Shown here piece by piece: positions 21,101 to 31,789 of a stretch of DNA of 64,000 bases (positions within the stretch are counted from its first letter, which is position 1; every line of letters begins with the position of its first letter). The stretch covers positions 310,001 to 374,000 of the forward strand of contig NW_013657677.1 in NCBI RefSeq assembly GCF_000142905.1, given 5' to 3'. Made by a program: the position numbers and the translations under genes. This DNA is from Thecamonas trahens ATCC 50062. Its lineage: Eukaryota; Protista; Apusomonadida. Under the pieces are notes generated by a model. The model ran no database searches, was not told where the DNA came from, and saw nothing but the letters and a program-made list of their open reading frames with translations.

Positions 21101-23716
21101 CCTCTGCAGCTCAAGCTTTCCAAGCCCGCGCTCGACTTTGGCTTTGTGGAGCTCGGTAAGGCCGTCACGACTTCGTTTGCGGTCTACAATCCAGCAGCAT
21201 GCTCGGCCCGGTTTTCGACCCGCGTCGTCGCCGCCCGGGAGCTGTCACCGAGTGCGGTAGCGTCAGGGCTCACCGGGCTCAACAGCGAGGACTTTGAGTT
21301 TGTGCCTGCCATCGGGGCGGTCAATCCAGAGCGGGAGACCACAGTCTCAGTCACCTTTGTCCCGCACACACTCGGCACCTTTTCGGGCGTGGCGGTTGTC
21401 GAGGTGAGCGCTGGGCTGTGCGTTCATCTCGCCATTTCGGCCGAGGTGCAGCAACCGATGCTCTTCACCCGAAGTCCAGTGCTCGATCTCGGCGAGGTAT
21501 TTGTGGGTGTGGCGCAGGGCACGAGCGCAGTGCTGGTTAACCCGACACTGCTCCCTGTGTCGTTCTCGGTCGAGGTTCTTACGCCTGGAGGCGCTTGCGT
21601 AAGCGTCGAGCCTGCACAAGGGGAGCTCGCGCCGCAGTCTGAGATTGTGCTTGATGTCAACGCGGTGTTCCAGGTCTTGGGCAGCGTCGACGACGTGCTC
21701 ATTGCTATCGATGTCGAGGGCATGGACGTGCCTGTCGGCCTGGTGCTGGATGCCAACGTTGTGGGCCCGAGCATTGAGCTGCAGGTGCTGGGCTCAGATG
21801 TACCGGACCGGGAGAGCGCACCGCGGGTGACACTTGGACACAACACCGCTGAACTTGCCGAGATTCCAGTTCTCGAGTTTGGGTCGGCCTGTGGTGTGCT
21901 CGAGTCGTCTGCGGCGTCGCTGGTGCTGACAAACAAGACAGCGATCGAGTCACCGTTCCATATTTCGCTGGAGAACCTCCAGGTAGTGCCGCGGATCCTG
22001 GCTGGACAGCCTGCGTCCGAGGCAGGGAGTGACGCACCGGTGCGAGCGCGAGTTGTCTGTGCCTCACCGGCACCGGGCGATCCGGCACTCTCGCTGGATC
22101 TCGAGCGCGTGGCGTCGTCGAGTGCGACCGAGTCGAGCGTGGTATTGGCGCACGGGCGTGGGTCGCGGGCGGGCGCCCGGTACCTGGCAGACGACTACCA
22201 AGAGACGCACCGGCTGATGTCGCTCGATGGGCAGGACATGCTGCACACCAAGCGGCGGACAAGCGCACTGCTTGCTGAACGGCAAACATTTCTGGCAGAC
22301 GGAGCCGGGGTCGCTTTTGCCATCCACCCGGCCGAGGGCGTGCTGCGGCCGTTTGAGTCGCTTACGGTTGTTGTTGTTGCCTACAACGAGATGCCCGGCG
22401 AGTACACCGATGCGCTGGTGGTGGAGGTCGACGGGGTGGCGCCGGCGTTTGTGCCGCTCCACTACGGAGTGGTGGGCGAAGTGGTGACGCTCGAGGCCAA
22501 CACGCTCGGCCTCTCGCGGGCTACCGAGACCACTTCGGCGTCCGTCCTGTTTGGTGGAGCGCTTGTGGGCGGCTCGCCGATCCGGCGGTCGGTCAAGTAC
22601 GCCAACGCGTCTCCGTTTGACATCGAGGTTGCGTGGCACGTCTACAACCGCAAGGTGAACAAGACACTTGTTGACGTCGAGCTGAACGTCGAGCCAGAGT
22701 CTGAGCGGATTCAGGTGAGTGTGAGCGAGCACCTCGAGGAGGCTGACGGCCCGTTCGCCATCGAGCCTGCAGTGGAGGTCATCCCGGGTCACGGGACAGC
22801 AACGTTTTCAGTGGCGTTTGCGTCGGAGCGCGAGGCGCTCTGCCGCTCGTTCATGATCGGTTCGACGCGGCTGGTCGATCCGAGCAAGCTCCCACTCGGC
22901 GCTTGCGTCCAGGAGGACTCTGTGCAGAAGGAGCTGCGACTGGAGCTTGTGGGCCGCGGTATGGAGCCTGTGCTGATACCGGACGCGTCGCGACTCGAGT
23001 TTCACCTTCCGTACGCCGGCGAGACGCGGCCGAAGCCACCGCAGCGGCGAGTGGTGCTCTCCAACACGCTTGCGGCAGCAGTCGGATTCTCCCTCGACAC
23101 CGACGGTCCGTTTGAGGTGCAAAGAGTCGAGCCGTCGGTTCCCCACGCGAGCTCGGCGGATGGCCGATGCTGGACGCTGCCTGCGGGAACGAATGCGGCA
23201 GTGTACGTGGCGTTTGATCCGTTTGATGAGGTTGGGTATGCTGCGGTCGACGGCGGAGCAACGTCAATGGCGCTACACGGCGTGCTCAATATCCGGTTTG
23301 CTACCGGCCAGGTGCAGCACCATCCCCTGGTCGGCTCGGTCGAGTATCCGCGTCTGGAAGCGAGCGCAACGGAGATCGACATGGGCAAGCTTTTTTTGGG
23401 CACCCGAAACACAACGAGCATCAAGCTGAGCAACCCGTCGCAAGCCGACGCTGAGTGGGAAGTGGTAGTTGACGAGTGCGACTCGGGCTTGCAGCTCGAG
23501 TTTGAGCCTGCGCACGGCGTGGTGCCCGGGCGGATCGGGGTGGAGCGTGCAGCAGAGCGTGTGCTTGTTGTCCACACAACAGCCCATGAAGTCGGTGCGC
23601 TTTGTGCAAGGGCGAAGATCAAGCTGGCGACTGGCGGGCCGGAGGTCTCGATCCGTAGCGAAGGCACGCGTGACGAGTGGCTCGACCGGCCGCGGGAGAT
23701 GGCCAAGTACGGATAG
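18108..23716 (+). CDS. DLEC1: DLEC1/CFAP81 ciliary central-pair protein with tandem ASH/Ig-like domains; 5' end unresolved
   Basis: FLRNPRF motif, then VIF.DY...LKIRN...LRMLPP...VAPGMMC.F.V.F.P.SL.DY.D and many P..G / N.T ASH repeats. Three ORFs join by one-base additions near 19379-19381 and 19722-19724. Start taken at the candidate acceptor ACAG 18107. Confidence 0.8.
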
Positions 23717-23772
23717 CGGGTGCAGCAAGTTGTTTAGCGAGCAAGCAATGAACCTACCTTTATTCATTCTTT

Positions 23773-26700
23773 TCAACGGCGAGCGTTGGCTTCGAGGGCG
23801 ACGTCCAGGCGCGCAGTTTGCAGACGCGCGCGCTGAGCCGGCGACACGGCGTCGGGTAGCGTGCCGCTGCCACTGAGGAGGGCGACAGCGTCGACGCCGA
23901 GAGTAGCGGCCATGTCGTCGACGATGGCGGCGAGGTTAGACGCCGTGGTCGAGGCGTTGAACATGGATCGCGACGAGTCGTCGACACGGATGGCGTTGTG
24001 CAGGTTGCTGAGACGGAAGACCTCGACCTGGCCGACCGAGTTGCCGCAGAGGACGACAGGGTCGTTGCGCGCAAAGACGACGGCAGTGGCGATCTTGGGC
24101 GGCAGCTCGGCGCCGTCGATGTCATCGCGGGCGAGGCCAGAGGCTGCGGCCGGCTCGCCGTGGGCGTCGGTTCCGGACGTGACGCCAGTAGCAGACGGGC
24201 CGGTGTCTGCCGCTGCTGCTGCTGCGGCGGGCCCGGTGCGAGTCCGACCCAAAAGCCCAGTAGCGGCCGAGGATGGGCGGGCAGCAGCGGCGGCGGCAGG
24301 CGGGATCGAGCCGAGCGACAAGGTGATGAGCGGGTCGAGGTAGTCCTTGAGGGAGAGGTCCCAGATCTGGAGGGTGCCGTCGTTGTTCGCGGTGGCAAAG
24401 AGAGTGGCGTCGAGCGGCGACCAGGCGACATCATTTGTGGCGTCGGCGCAGGTGCGAAAGTCGACGAGCGGTGCCTGGGCGTTGACGTCCCAGAGCTTGA
24501 CAGACCAGTCTGTGGAGGAGGAGAGGAAGATGTTTGGGGCAAAGGGCGACCAAGTGACGGTGTAGACCGGGCCGACGTGGGCCGAGTACGACGCGAGGTA
24601 CTGCTCATTGTACGATGAAGAGCAGCGGTGGATGTTCCCGTTCTCAGTGCCGACGAGGTACGTGGTGGGGTCGACAGGCGAAAAGGCCATGGCAAGGCCA
24701 CCGACATGGCGCCAGACCGAAACCTCTGCGTCGCCGGCCTTGGTCTTTGCCGGGTTTGCCACGCGCGAGAGCGACATGAGGTTGGACTGGAACTCGAGGC
24801 CCTTTTTGATGGACCACTCCTTGACGGTGCCGTCAGTGGAGACCGAGACGAGGCGCTCGCCCTTTTCCATACCGAGGTCGACCCACTGGAGCTGCCACAC
24901 CGGGTCACGGTGCATTTCGCGGATATGGCCCGAGGAAAAGATGGGCTCGTCGCACGAGGTCTGCAGGTCGTAGACGGCGATGGCGCCAGAAAAGAGGCCG
25001 ACGGCGAGTAGGTTGGGGAAGCGGACCGAGGTGTCGAGGGCGGTGACGCCCGAAGGAAGACGGATGGTGCGCTCGGGGGCAAACACATTTTTGAGCGACC
25101 AGCAGAGGACAAGGCCGTCTGAGGCGCCGTGCGCGGTTCCGTTGAAGGCGCCGTAACCGACGGCAAGGAGGTCCGAGTCGCGCGGGTTCCAGCCCATGCA
25201 GGTGACGGCGCGGCCGGCGGTGGCATCGCACTCAAAGCGCCAGAGGAGCTTGAGCGACGGCTCAGCGGGCGAGTCGTCAAAGTCGAGCGACGTAGCGCGG
25301 TTGGGGTCGGCACCGTCTGCGCCTTCGCCGCCAGCGCCTACGCGGGCGGACGGCGGCTTGGTGAGCGACGGCTGCGGGACGGCGGCTGGCTCGTCGTAGT
25401 CGCGGAAGAGCTCGTCGTCCGAGTCGCGGTCGGCGTCGTCGTCGCCGAGGTCCGAGTCGTCGTCGGCGACGGGCTCGGGCAGGCCCGCGAGCGGCATGCC
25501 GCGAAACTCGAGCTGGCGCCAGTGGAAGATGTTCTGGGTCACAACGCGCTCGACAACACGCAGCGTGTCTGCGAGCGAGGCAACCCGAGCTTGCTTGGCC
25601 ATGAACACCTTTGCGCGCTGCTCCATGGACATAGCCGCGACGCCGGCAAGACCCGGCAAGGCACGCTGGCCGGAGCCGCCGCGGGTCGATGTGCCTGCGG
25701 CGCGGGTCATGGTGGCGTTGGCCATTGAGCCCATGCCGGACGAGTCGAGGCCGCCTGCGGCTGCCGAAAGCGAGCCGGTGTCCATCGACGAGCGCGAGCC
25801 GGACTCGGTGATGGAAGCGTTGGATGAGAGGTCGCCGCCGACCTCGCTGGCATCGTCGTCGTCATCGATGTCGTCGGCAAAGGCGGCCTCGAGGAAGGCG
25901 TCCTCGGCGTGACGGGCCTTGGCGGCGGACGGGTCGTCTTCGTCGGCGTCGGCGTCGGCGGTGCTCGCAAGCTTTGCAGCCTCGTCGTGAATAGACCAGC
26001 CCGTCACTTGGGTGCCTGCGGTCTTCTTGAGTGGAGGATCCTTTTGGACCTCCTTGGACTTGAGGTCGCGGTTGTAGGTCTGGACACCGCGCGACGAATA
26101 CGCGTCCGAGCCGACTCGGGCCTTTTTGAGCGCCTCGTAGCGGGCGTTACGGTCGAGGACGGCAGCAGCCTCGTCCGAGTCGGCCTGGACCACGCGGGCG
26201 GCAAAGTCGAGCATGACAAAGGTCTCGGTCTCGGAGAGGGTAATAGTGTGGACAGCGTCGAGGTCGTCCCGGGTGAGCGCGGCTGCTGGCTCAAAGTGGG
26301 CAGCGCCGCGCTTGGAACGGATGACCTCGACCTCGGCGTTGCCGGCGACCACAATGCCGCCGCCAGTCGAGACCGTCGTCGCGCCAAGCCCTGCGTCCGA
26401 GACCGAGTGGTTCGCGGACGGATCGTCCGAGAGCGACGAGGCCGACGAGCCGAGCGAGCCCATCGACGACTGCGACTCGAGCATGGACGCATCCATACCA
26501 AACTGCAGCTGGGTGTAGGCTGAGACAGATGGGTCCGGCGCGGTGAACTCGCCGCCCGAAGCAAAGGTCGACATGGAGAGGGTTGATCCTGGACGGGCAG
26601 CCCCACGAGCGCCTCCAGGCACCGGACCAGCCGGTCCACGACCACCAGCCCGCGATGCGAGGAATGAGACCGGGGTGTAGTCGACATCAACGCCATCTAC

Positions 26701-26814
26701 CACCTCGTAATACCTGGCAGCCGGCGGCGGAGCAGGGCCCGACTGCCCGCCATGCGGATGACCACCGCGACCACGAGCCGTAGACGTTGACGACCGCATC
26801 GATGACCGTGCCAT
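23773..26814 (-). CDS. DNAI4: Axonemal dynein intermediate chain WDR78/IC138 (WD40)
   Basis: ITLSETET, RNARYE.L, VERVVTQNIFH.RQL, LWRFEC...VTCMGWNP..SDLLAVGYG, H.DPVWQL.W, GTE.G.IHRCS.SY.EQYL, FLSSS.DWSVKLW. May extend upstream across the gap. Confidence 0.85.
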   Translation of the reverse strand: MARSSMRSSTSTARGRGGHPHGGQSGPAPPPAARYYEVVDGVDVDYTPVSFLASRAGGRGPAGPVPGGARGAARPGSTLSMSTFASGGEFTAPDPSVSAYTQLQFGMDASMLESQSSMGSLGSSASSLSDDPSANHSVSDAGLGATTVSTGGGIVVAGNAEVEVIRSKRGAAHFEPAAALTRDDLDAVHTITLSETETFVMLDFAARVVQADSDEAAAVLDRNARYEALKKARVGSDAYSSRGVQTYNRDLKSKEVQKDPPLKKTAGTQVTGWSIHDEAAKLASTADADADEDDPSAAKARHAEDAFLEAAFADDIDDDDDASEVGGDLSSNASITESGSRSSMDTGSLSAAAGGLDSSGMGSMANATMTRAAGTSTRGGSGQRALPGLAGVAAMSMEQRAKVFMAKQARVASLADTLRVVERVVTQNIFHWRQLEFRGMPLAGLPEPVADDDSDLGDDDADRDSDDELFRDYDEPAAVPQPSLTKPPSARVGAGGEGADGADPNRATSLDFDDSPAEPSLKLLWRFECDATAGRAVTCMGWNPRDSDLLAVGYGAFNGTAHGASDGLVLCWSLKNVFAPERTIRLPSGVTALDTSVRFPNLLAVGLFSGAIAVYDLQTSCDEPIFSSGHIREMHRDPVWQLQWVDLGMEKGERLVSVSTDGTVKEWSIKKGLEFQSNLMSLSRVANPAKTKAGDAEVSVWRHVGGLAMAFSPVDPTTYLVGTENGNIHRCSSSYNEQYLASYSAHVGPVYTVTWSPFAPNIFLSSSTDWSVKLWDVNAQAPLVDFRTCADATNDVAWSPLDATLFATANNDGTLQIWDLSLKDYLDPLITLSLGSIPPAAAAAARPSSAATGLLGRTRTGPAAAAAAADTGPSATGVTSGTDAHGEPAAASGLARDDIDGAELPPKIATAVVFARNDPVVLCGNSVGQVEVFRLSNLHNAIRVDDSSRSMFNASTTASNLAAIVDDMAATLGVDAVALLSGSGTLPDAVSPAQRARLQTARLDVALEANARR

Positions 26815-26941
26815 AGATCTCCTAGACGTTCGCGACCGAGACGATGTTGACTGGCCACTGTGTGTGGAACGTGAGTGAGTGGAGGAGAGGGGGGAGGGGG
26901 GGGGGGGGTGTGGGGGGGGGCACGTGGTCGTTGGGGTTTTT

Positions 26942-27041
26942 NNNNNNNNNNNNNNNNNNNNNNNNNNNNNNNNNNNNNNNNNNNNNNNNNNNNNNNNNNN
27001 NNNNNNNNNNNNNNNNNNNNNNNNNNNNNNNNNNNNNNNNN
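26942..27041. other. Assembly gap (100 N)
   Basis: Run of N flanked by G-homopolymer-rich sequence. Confidence 1.
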
Positions 27042-27103
27042 GGACTGGTAGGGACACTTGACGCGTGCAGGACTGGTATGGACAGGGAGGGGGGGAGAGG
27101 GTG

Positions 27104-27179
27104 CACCCGAGGTGGTAGAAGTGGTCGTGGTGGTGGTAGCGGAGGTGGTGGTGGTAGCGGAGGTGTCGGTGGCGGTGGT

Positions 27180-27211
<32 letters not shown>

Positions 27212-27220
27212 TGGCGGTGA
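27104..27220. repeat. (GGT)n/(GGCGGT)n microsatellite
   Basis: Directly visible. Confidence 0.9.
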
Positions 27221-27283
27221 GGAAGGGACTCACGGCAGCAGGTTGTTCACGGTGATGATTGTTCGTGGTGATGGGGACAGACA

Positions 27284-28782
27284 ATGGGCGACTCGACAGG
27301 AGATATCACGATTGTAGGCGCGGGGCTGGTGGGCGCGATGGCGGCACTCGCGCTGGGCCAGCGCGGGTTCAAGGTGACGGTCCTCGAGTCGATGCCGGAC
27401 ATTCGGACGCTCCCGGCGTACTCGGGTCGGTCGATCAACCTGGCGCTGTCGGCGCATGGGCTTGAAGGGCTGGATCTGGTGGGAATGGGCGACGAGTGGC
27501 GTGAGCGCGGCATCCCGATGTACTCTCGGTTCATCCACAATGCCGACGGCTCGACAAGCATCCAGCCGTACGGGCAGCCCGGCGAGCACATTCTCTCGGT
27601 GGATCGGCGACTGCTTAACATCCGGCTGATGGAAGAAGCGGAGAAGCTGCCGAATGTCAGCTTTGTGTTCAACGCCAACGTCCGCGAGATCGACTACAAG
27701 AAGAAGCATCTGGTGTTTGAGGCGCAAGAGGAAGCGAACGACGGCGGTGACGGCGGGCACTCTGGCGCGCAGACGACGAGCGTGGCGCTGCGCAAGCGGT
27801 CGCTGATGGAGCGCGATACCGACCTCATTGTGGGCGCCGACGGAGCGTACTCGGCGGTGCGCACGTCGCTGCTCAAGTCACGGCGGTTCAACTACTCGCA
27901 GGAGTTTATCGACCATGGCTACAAGGAGCTCAACATGGTGGCTGTCGACGACGACTGGGCGCTGGCCAAAAACCACCTGCACATCTGGCCGCGCGGCTCG
28001 TTCATGCTCATTGCACTTCCGAACGAGGACAAGTCGTTCACGGTCACCCTCTTTATGCCGTACGCCGCGGCCGACGGTGGATTCAACGACCTCGACACCG
28101 ACGAGAAGATTGAGGCCTTTATGACGTCCAACTTTCCGGACGCGGTCCCACTACTCGGCAACTACGTGTCTGACTTTAAGACGAACCGGACCGGGCCGCT
28201 CATCACGGTCAAATGCTCACGGTACCACTACTTTGACTCTGTGGTGCTCATGGGCGACGCGGCGCACGCCATCACCCGTTTGCCGGCGAGGGCATGAACT
28301 CGTCGTTCCAGGACGTGGTCAAGTTTATGGCGCTCCTCGATGAGTACCCGTTCCGCACGGCGCGGCGCTCGCTGCTCGGCGCGTACTCTGCGGCGCAGGT
28401 CCCGTCTGGCCATGCTGTGGCCCGCATTGCGCTCATGAACTACATTGAGATGCGGTCGCACACGGCGTCGACGCTCTTCCTCCTCCGCAAGCGGATCGAG
28501 GGCGTGCTACATGCGGTGCTGGGTGACGTGTGGCGTCCGCTGTACTCGATGGTCCACTTTACCACCATGCCGTACCACATGGCGCTCGAGCGCAGCGCCA
28601 AGCAGGACCGCATCGTCGCCGGCACCGTGTGGCTGCTGGCGTCGGGTGCGGCGGCCGGCGGCGCGTGGGCCGTGGCCCACTTTTTCGGCTCGGCCATCGC
28701 GTCTGCGGCAACCAGCGCGCTGACGAGCCTCAACGGCGGCGTGGCGCCCAAAGTGCCACGGCTGACGTGGGCGCGGCTGTAG
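27284..28782 (+). CDS. KMO: Kynurenine 3-monooxygenase
   Basis: VGAGLVG, GRSINLALS, GADGAYSAVR, HGYKEL, LHIWPRG.FMLIALPN, GDAAHAI(TPFAGEG)MN, NYIEMR, PLYSMV.F; C-terminal TM. One C is missing at 28275-28277. Confidence 0.95.
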
Positions 28783-28840
28783 GTTGGCCATAGACAACTT
28801 GAGGGTTCATTACAGTCACCACGAGGTGAGGCAGGAAGAG

Positions 28841-29515
28841 CTAGACGGTGTAGCGGTCGCGGTTGGTGAACGAGCGGTTACGCTTGATGCAATCGGCGTG
28901 GACCTGGTAGCCGATGGAGAGGTCCTGCGGGAGCTCACAGAACTCCTTGAGCTGGTGGCCGATGCGCTTGCAGTGGGCCTCGTTGGACGCGTCCGCGGTC
29001 CAGACGGCGACACGGTCGTGCTTCTTGCGAGCCGAGCACACAGCGCCGCAGATCTCCTCGGCCTGGTCAAACGACTCGCCGATGATAGCGAGGACGGTGT
29101 ACATCCACACGTTGTCGATCTGCTTCTTGTCGCGCGGCTTGTTGAGGGTGATGACCCACTTGCCACCATTGCGGTTGGCATCGTGCTCCCACGACGGCTC
29201 CACGCCCTTGACAAAGAGATGGTAGTTGGACGAGACGCGGAGACCCGACGCCGGCGCCACGTTGTTGAACAGGGCCCACGCGTCCTCGACCGTGTTAAAG
29301 TCGTACACCCGCTTGAGGTTCTTGGCCCAGTCCTGCTGCGACGTCTTGCGGTCGGGGCGATCGTACCACAGCGACCACGTACGGTGCAGCGGGTGCGTGG
29401 GGACGAGCTCGGTCGAAGCCGAGGGCGCCGGGACGACAACGTCCGACGGGCCGTCAGCACCGTCCTCGGCAGGAGTCGACGCAGGCCGGGGCTCGGCAGA
29501 AGTCGTGTCAGCCAT
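28841..29515 (-). CDS. EIF4E: Translation initiation factor 4E (class I-like)
   Basis: HPLHRTWSLWY, FNTVEDAW, YHLFVKGVEPSWE...N.NGGKW, IIGESF, ICGAV.S.R, VWT. Confidence 0.95.
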   Translation of the reverse strand: MADTTSAEPRPASTPAEDGADGPSDVVVPAPSASTELVPTHPLHRTWSLWYDRPDRKTSQQDWAKNLKRVYDFNTVEDAWALFNNVAPASGLRVSSNYHLFVKGVEPSWEHDANRNGGKWVITLNKPRDKKQIDNVWMYTVLAIIGESFDQAEEICGAVCSARKKHDRVAVWTADASNEAHCKRIGHQLKEFCELPQDLSIGYQVHADCIKRNRSFTNRDRYTV

Positions 29516-30311
29516 GGCTCTCTCCAGGCGGTGTGTACGCAGCGGGAGCGATGCGGCGGTACGGGAGGGGGAGGGGAGGGGGGGGTGCTGCTGCGAGGTG
29601 GGAGTGGCTGGGGCAAAGTGGCTGCAAACGAGAGCTGGGCTTCGTTGCCTGTTCTCGGGGCAACAGATGGGAGCGTGGGTGAGTTCTGGCAGTAAGTGAA
29701 GACCTGCAACACTTCCTCAACATGTTCCTCACCGATACAGTCCTGTTCCAGGACATAAAATGAGGTGGTTGTCATGGTCTTGCCCCCCCCCCAGGCCACG
29801 TCCGTGGAAGCTCCAAAAATCGATGGGATGGACGGCAGCGGTCGCTCGCGAGGGGGGGTAGAGGGTGGTAGAGGGTGGGGGACAGAGGGGCGGACACGAG
29901 GGGAGGGCGGTAGGGTACCAGAAGGGGAGGATGAGGGGGGAAAGGGTAGGAAGGAGAATGGAGAAAGGAAGGGGAGTGTGTCCGTACAGGTGAGGGTGGG
30001 GTGGCGGAGGCTGAATGCTGCTCTCGGGAGTGGGCAAGCGTTCTGTCCCGACGGTCACCGACCGAGCCGCGTTCGCAATTCGAATTGGATTGGCGATGGA
30101 GTGGCGGCAGGGGGAGGGGGGGGGGGGTCGGCGGCTGTGGGGCGGGCGGCTGGGGGGTGGGCGGCTGTGGGGCGGGAGGGGGGGGGGAGGGGGCGGGAGA
30201 GGGGGGGCTACCACTCCACCTCCTCTGCCTACCTCTACCGCTGCACCCATCAACCACCACCTTTGGATCCACCACCTCTACTCCACCCCCGTTCCACACT
30301 CCCATCGCACT

Positions 30312-31754
30312 ATGGGCTGTTGCCAGTCAAAACCCGGTGTGGTACGTTCTCTTCAGTCGCTGGCATACCCGTTGCCGACCTCTTGCCCGAGACCGTTGCT
30401 GGTGTGGCCATGGCCATGCTTCCTCCTCCCCCCCCTTCCTCCCCCCCTTCCTCCCTCCCCCCCCCTCCCTCTCTACTCCTTATCCTCCTCCTCCCCCCCT
30501 CCTTTCCTTGCACATACGCTCACTCTGTCATGCCGGCAGGCTCCGGACGACGAGACCCGTGCGGCTCAGGGTGTGGACGAGGGTGGCATGGTGCCGGTGG
30601 TGCCGGCCGGCGGCGAGAGCGACAGGAGCGACGGGAAGGGCACAGTGAGCGAGGATGCTGAGAGCGAACGCGGCAGCAGCAGTGCGGAGAGCGAGGATGG
30701 CGACACAGATGGTGGGAGAAGCGATGCCAGTGGCGGTGACGAGGCCCAGCCGCAGCAAGCGGACTCCACCGGATCGGCGGCTGGGGCCGGGCCTGTGGCT
30801 GGGGCCGGGCCTGTGGCTAGCGCCCGGGCTGAGCCTGGGCGCGGGGCAAAAGGGAAGCGCAAGGCATCTGCCTCGCTCCATGATCGTCCGCAGGCGATTT
30901 ACGAGTCGGCATTTGACCGGTATGACGCAGATGGGTCGGGGACGATCGACAAGGAAGAGCTCGCCGAGCTGCTGACTAACCTTGGCTGGCGAGCCGACCG
31001 TCACACAGTCAACGAGGCCGTGGCGGCGCTCGACTCGTGTGGAACCGGCGAGATCGACCGCAACGAGTTTGTGACGTGGGCCAAGTTTGCATGGCGGAAG
31101 CAAGTGCTCTCGGGCTCGGCCATTGCCGACGGCATCGACGAGGCCGAATCGCCGTCGCAGCTCCTTCGCCGCAAGTCACTGACGATGCGGAACGCCGGGG
31201 CTGGGTCTGGGTCGGCGCAAGCACGGCGGCGTGCAGGCTCGGAATCGCGTCCGCTCTCGCTTGTCAACCCGCTCACGCCGCTGGCGGAGAACGGGCTGGC
31301 CGACACGTCATCGCCGCTCAGGCGGGCGTCGTCGAGTGCATCGGCCTCGCCCGAGCCCGGCCCTCACGCGGTAGGCCTGAAGCCCGGCAACATCATGAGT
31401 GAGCACGATCGGCCGAGGGCCATCTACGAGGCTGCATTCCGTGAGTACGACGTTGACGGCTCGGGCGAGATTGACAGCTCGGAGCTCGGCGCTCTCCTCC
31501 GCGACCTTGGATGGAACGCCACGCCGGCTGCTATCCGCAACGCGCTCTACTCGCTCGACGCAGACTCGAACGGGACCATCGAGCTCGAGGAGTTCCTCTC
31601 GTTTGCCAAGTTTGCGTGGCGCGAGCACGTGGCGACTGGCTCATCGCAGGCCGACGGCCTCCGCCCGCACGAGTCGCCGTCGGGCCAGCTGCGCCGCAAG
31701 TCGCGCGAGCGCTTTGAACGTGAGATGAGCCGCGAGCTCTCGTCCGAGATGTAG
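30312..31754 (+). CDS. N-acylation-motif (MGCCQS) calcium-binding protein with two duplicated EF-hand pairs (exons 30312-30341, 30540-31754)
   Basis: EF loops DADGSGTIDKEE, DSCGTGEIDRNE, DVDGSGEIDSSE and DADSNGTIELEE. Confidence 0.85.
   Translation: MGCCQSKPGVVRSLQSLAYPLPTSCPRPLLVWPWPCFLLPPLPPPLPPSPPLPLYSLSSSSPPPFLAHTLTLSCRQAPDDETRAAQGVDEGGMVPVVPAGGESDRSDGKGTVSEDAESERGSSSAESEDGDTDGGRSDASGGDEAQPQQADSTGSAAGAGPVAGAGPVASARAEPGRGAKGKRKASASLHDRPQAIYESAFDRYDADGSGTIDKEELAELLTNLGWRADRHTVNEAVAALDSCGTGEIDRNEFVTWAKFAWRKQVLSGSAIADGIDEAESPSQLLRRKSLTMRNAGAGSGSAQARRRAGSESRPLSLVNPLTPLAENGLADTSSPLRRASSSASASPEPGPHAVGLKPGNIMSEHDRPRAIYEAAFREYDVDGSGEIDSSELGALLRDLGWNATPAAIRNALYSLDADSNGTIELEEFLSFAKFAWREHVATGSSQADGLRPHESPSGQLRRKSRERFEREMSRELSSEM
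30342..30539 (+). other. Spliceosomal intron (C-rich)
   Basis: GTACGT...GCTCAC...GGCAG, phase 0. Confidence 0.85.
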
Positions 31755-31789
31755 CCAGAGATGTAGCTTAGTTTAACACTGGGTGCGCG

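Noticed and set aside
27242-27256. RFX X-box-like sequence (ATCACCGTGAACAAC on - strand) upstream of DNAI4
   Set aside because: The consensus is very degenerate and no equivalent was found upstream of IFT81, ODAD1 or DLEC1.
26697-27317. ORFs spanning the N gap
   Set aside because: Artefacts of translating through 100 unknown bases and low-complexity sequence.
27284-28782. KMO, HMGCS, DLEC1 and other split ORFs as pseudogenes or gene pairs
   Set aside because: Each is restored by a single added base with all catalytic motifs intact and no further decay.
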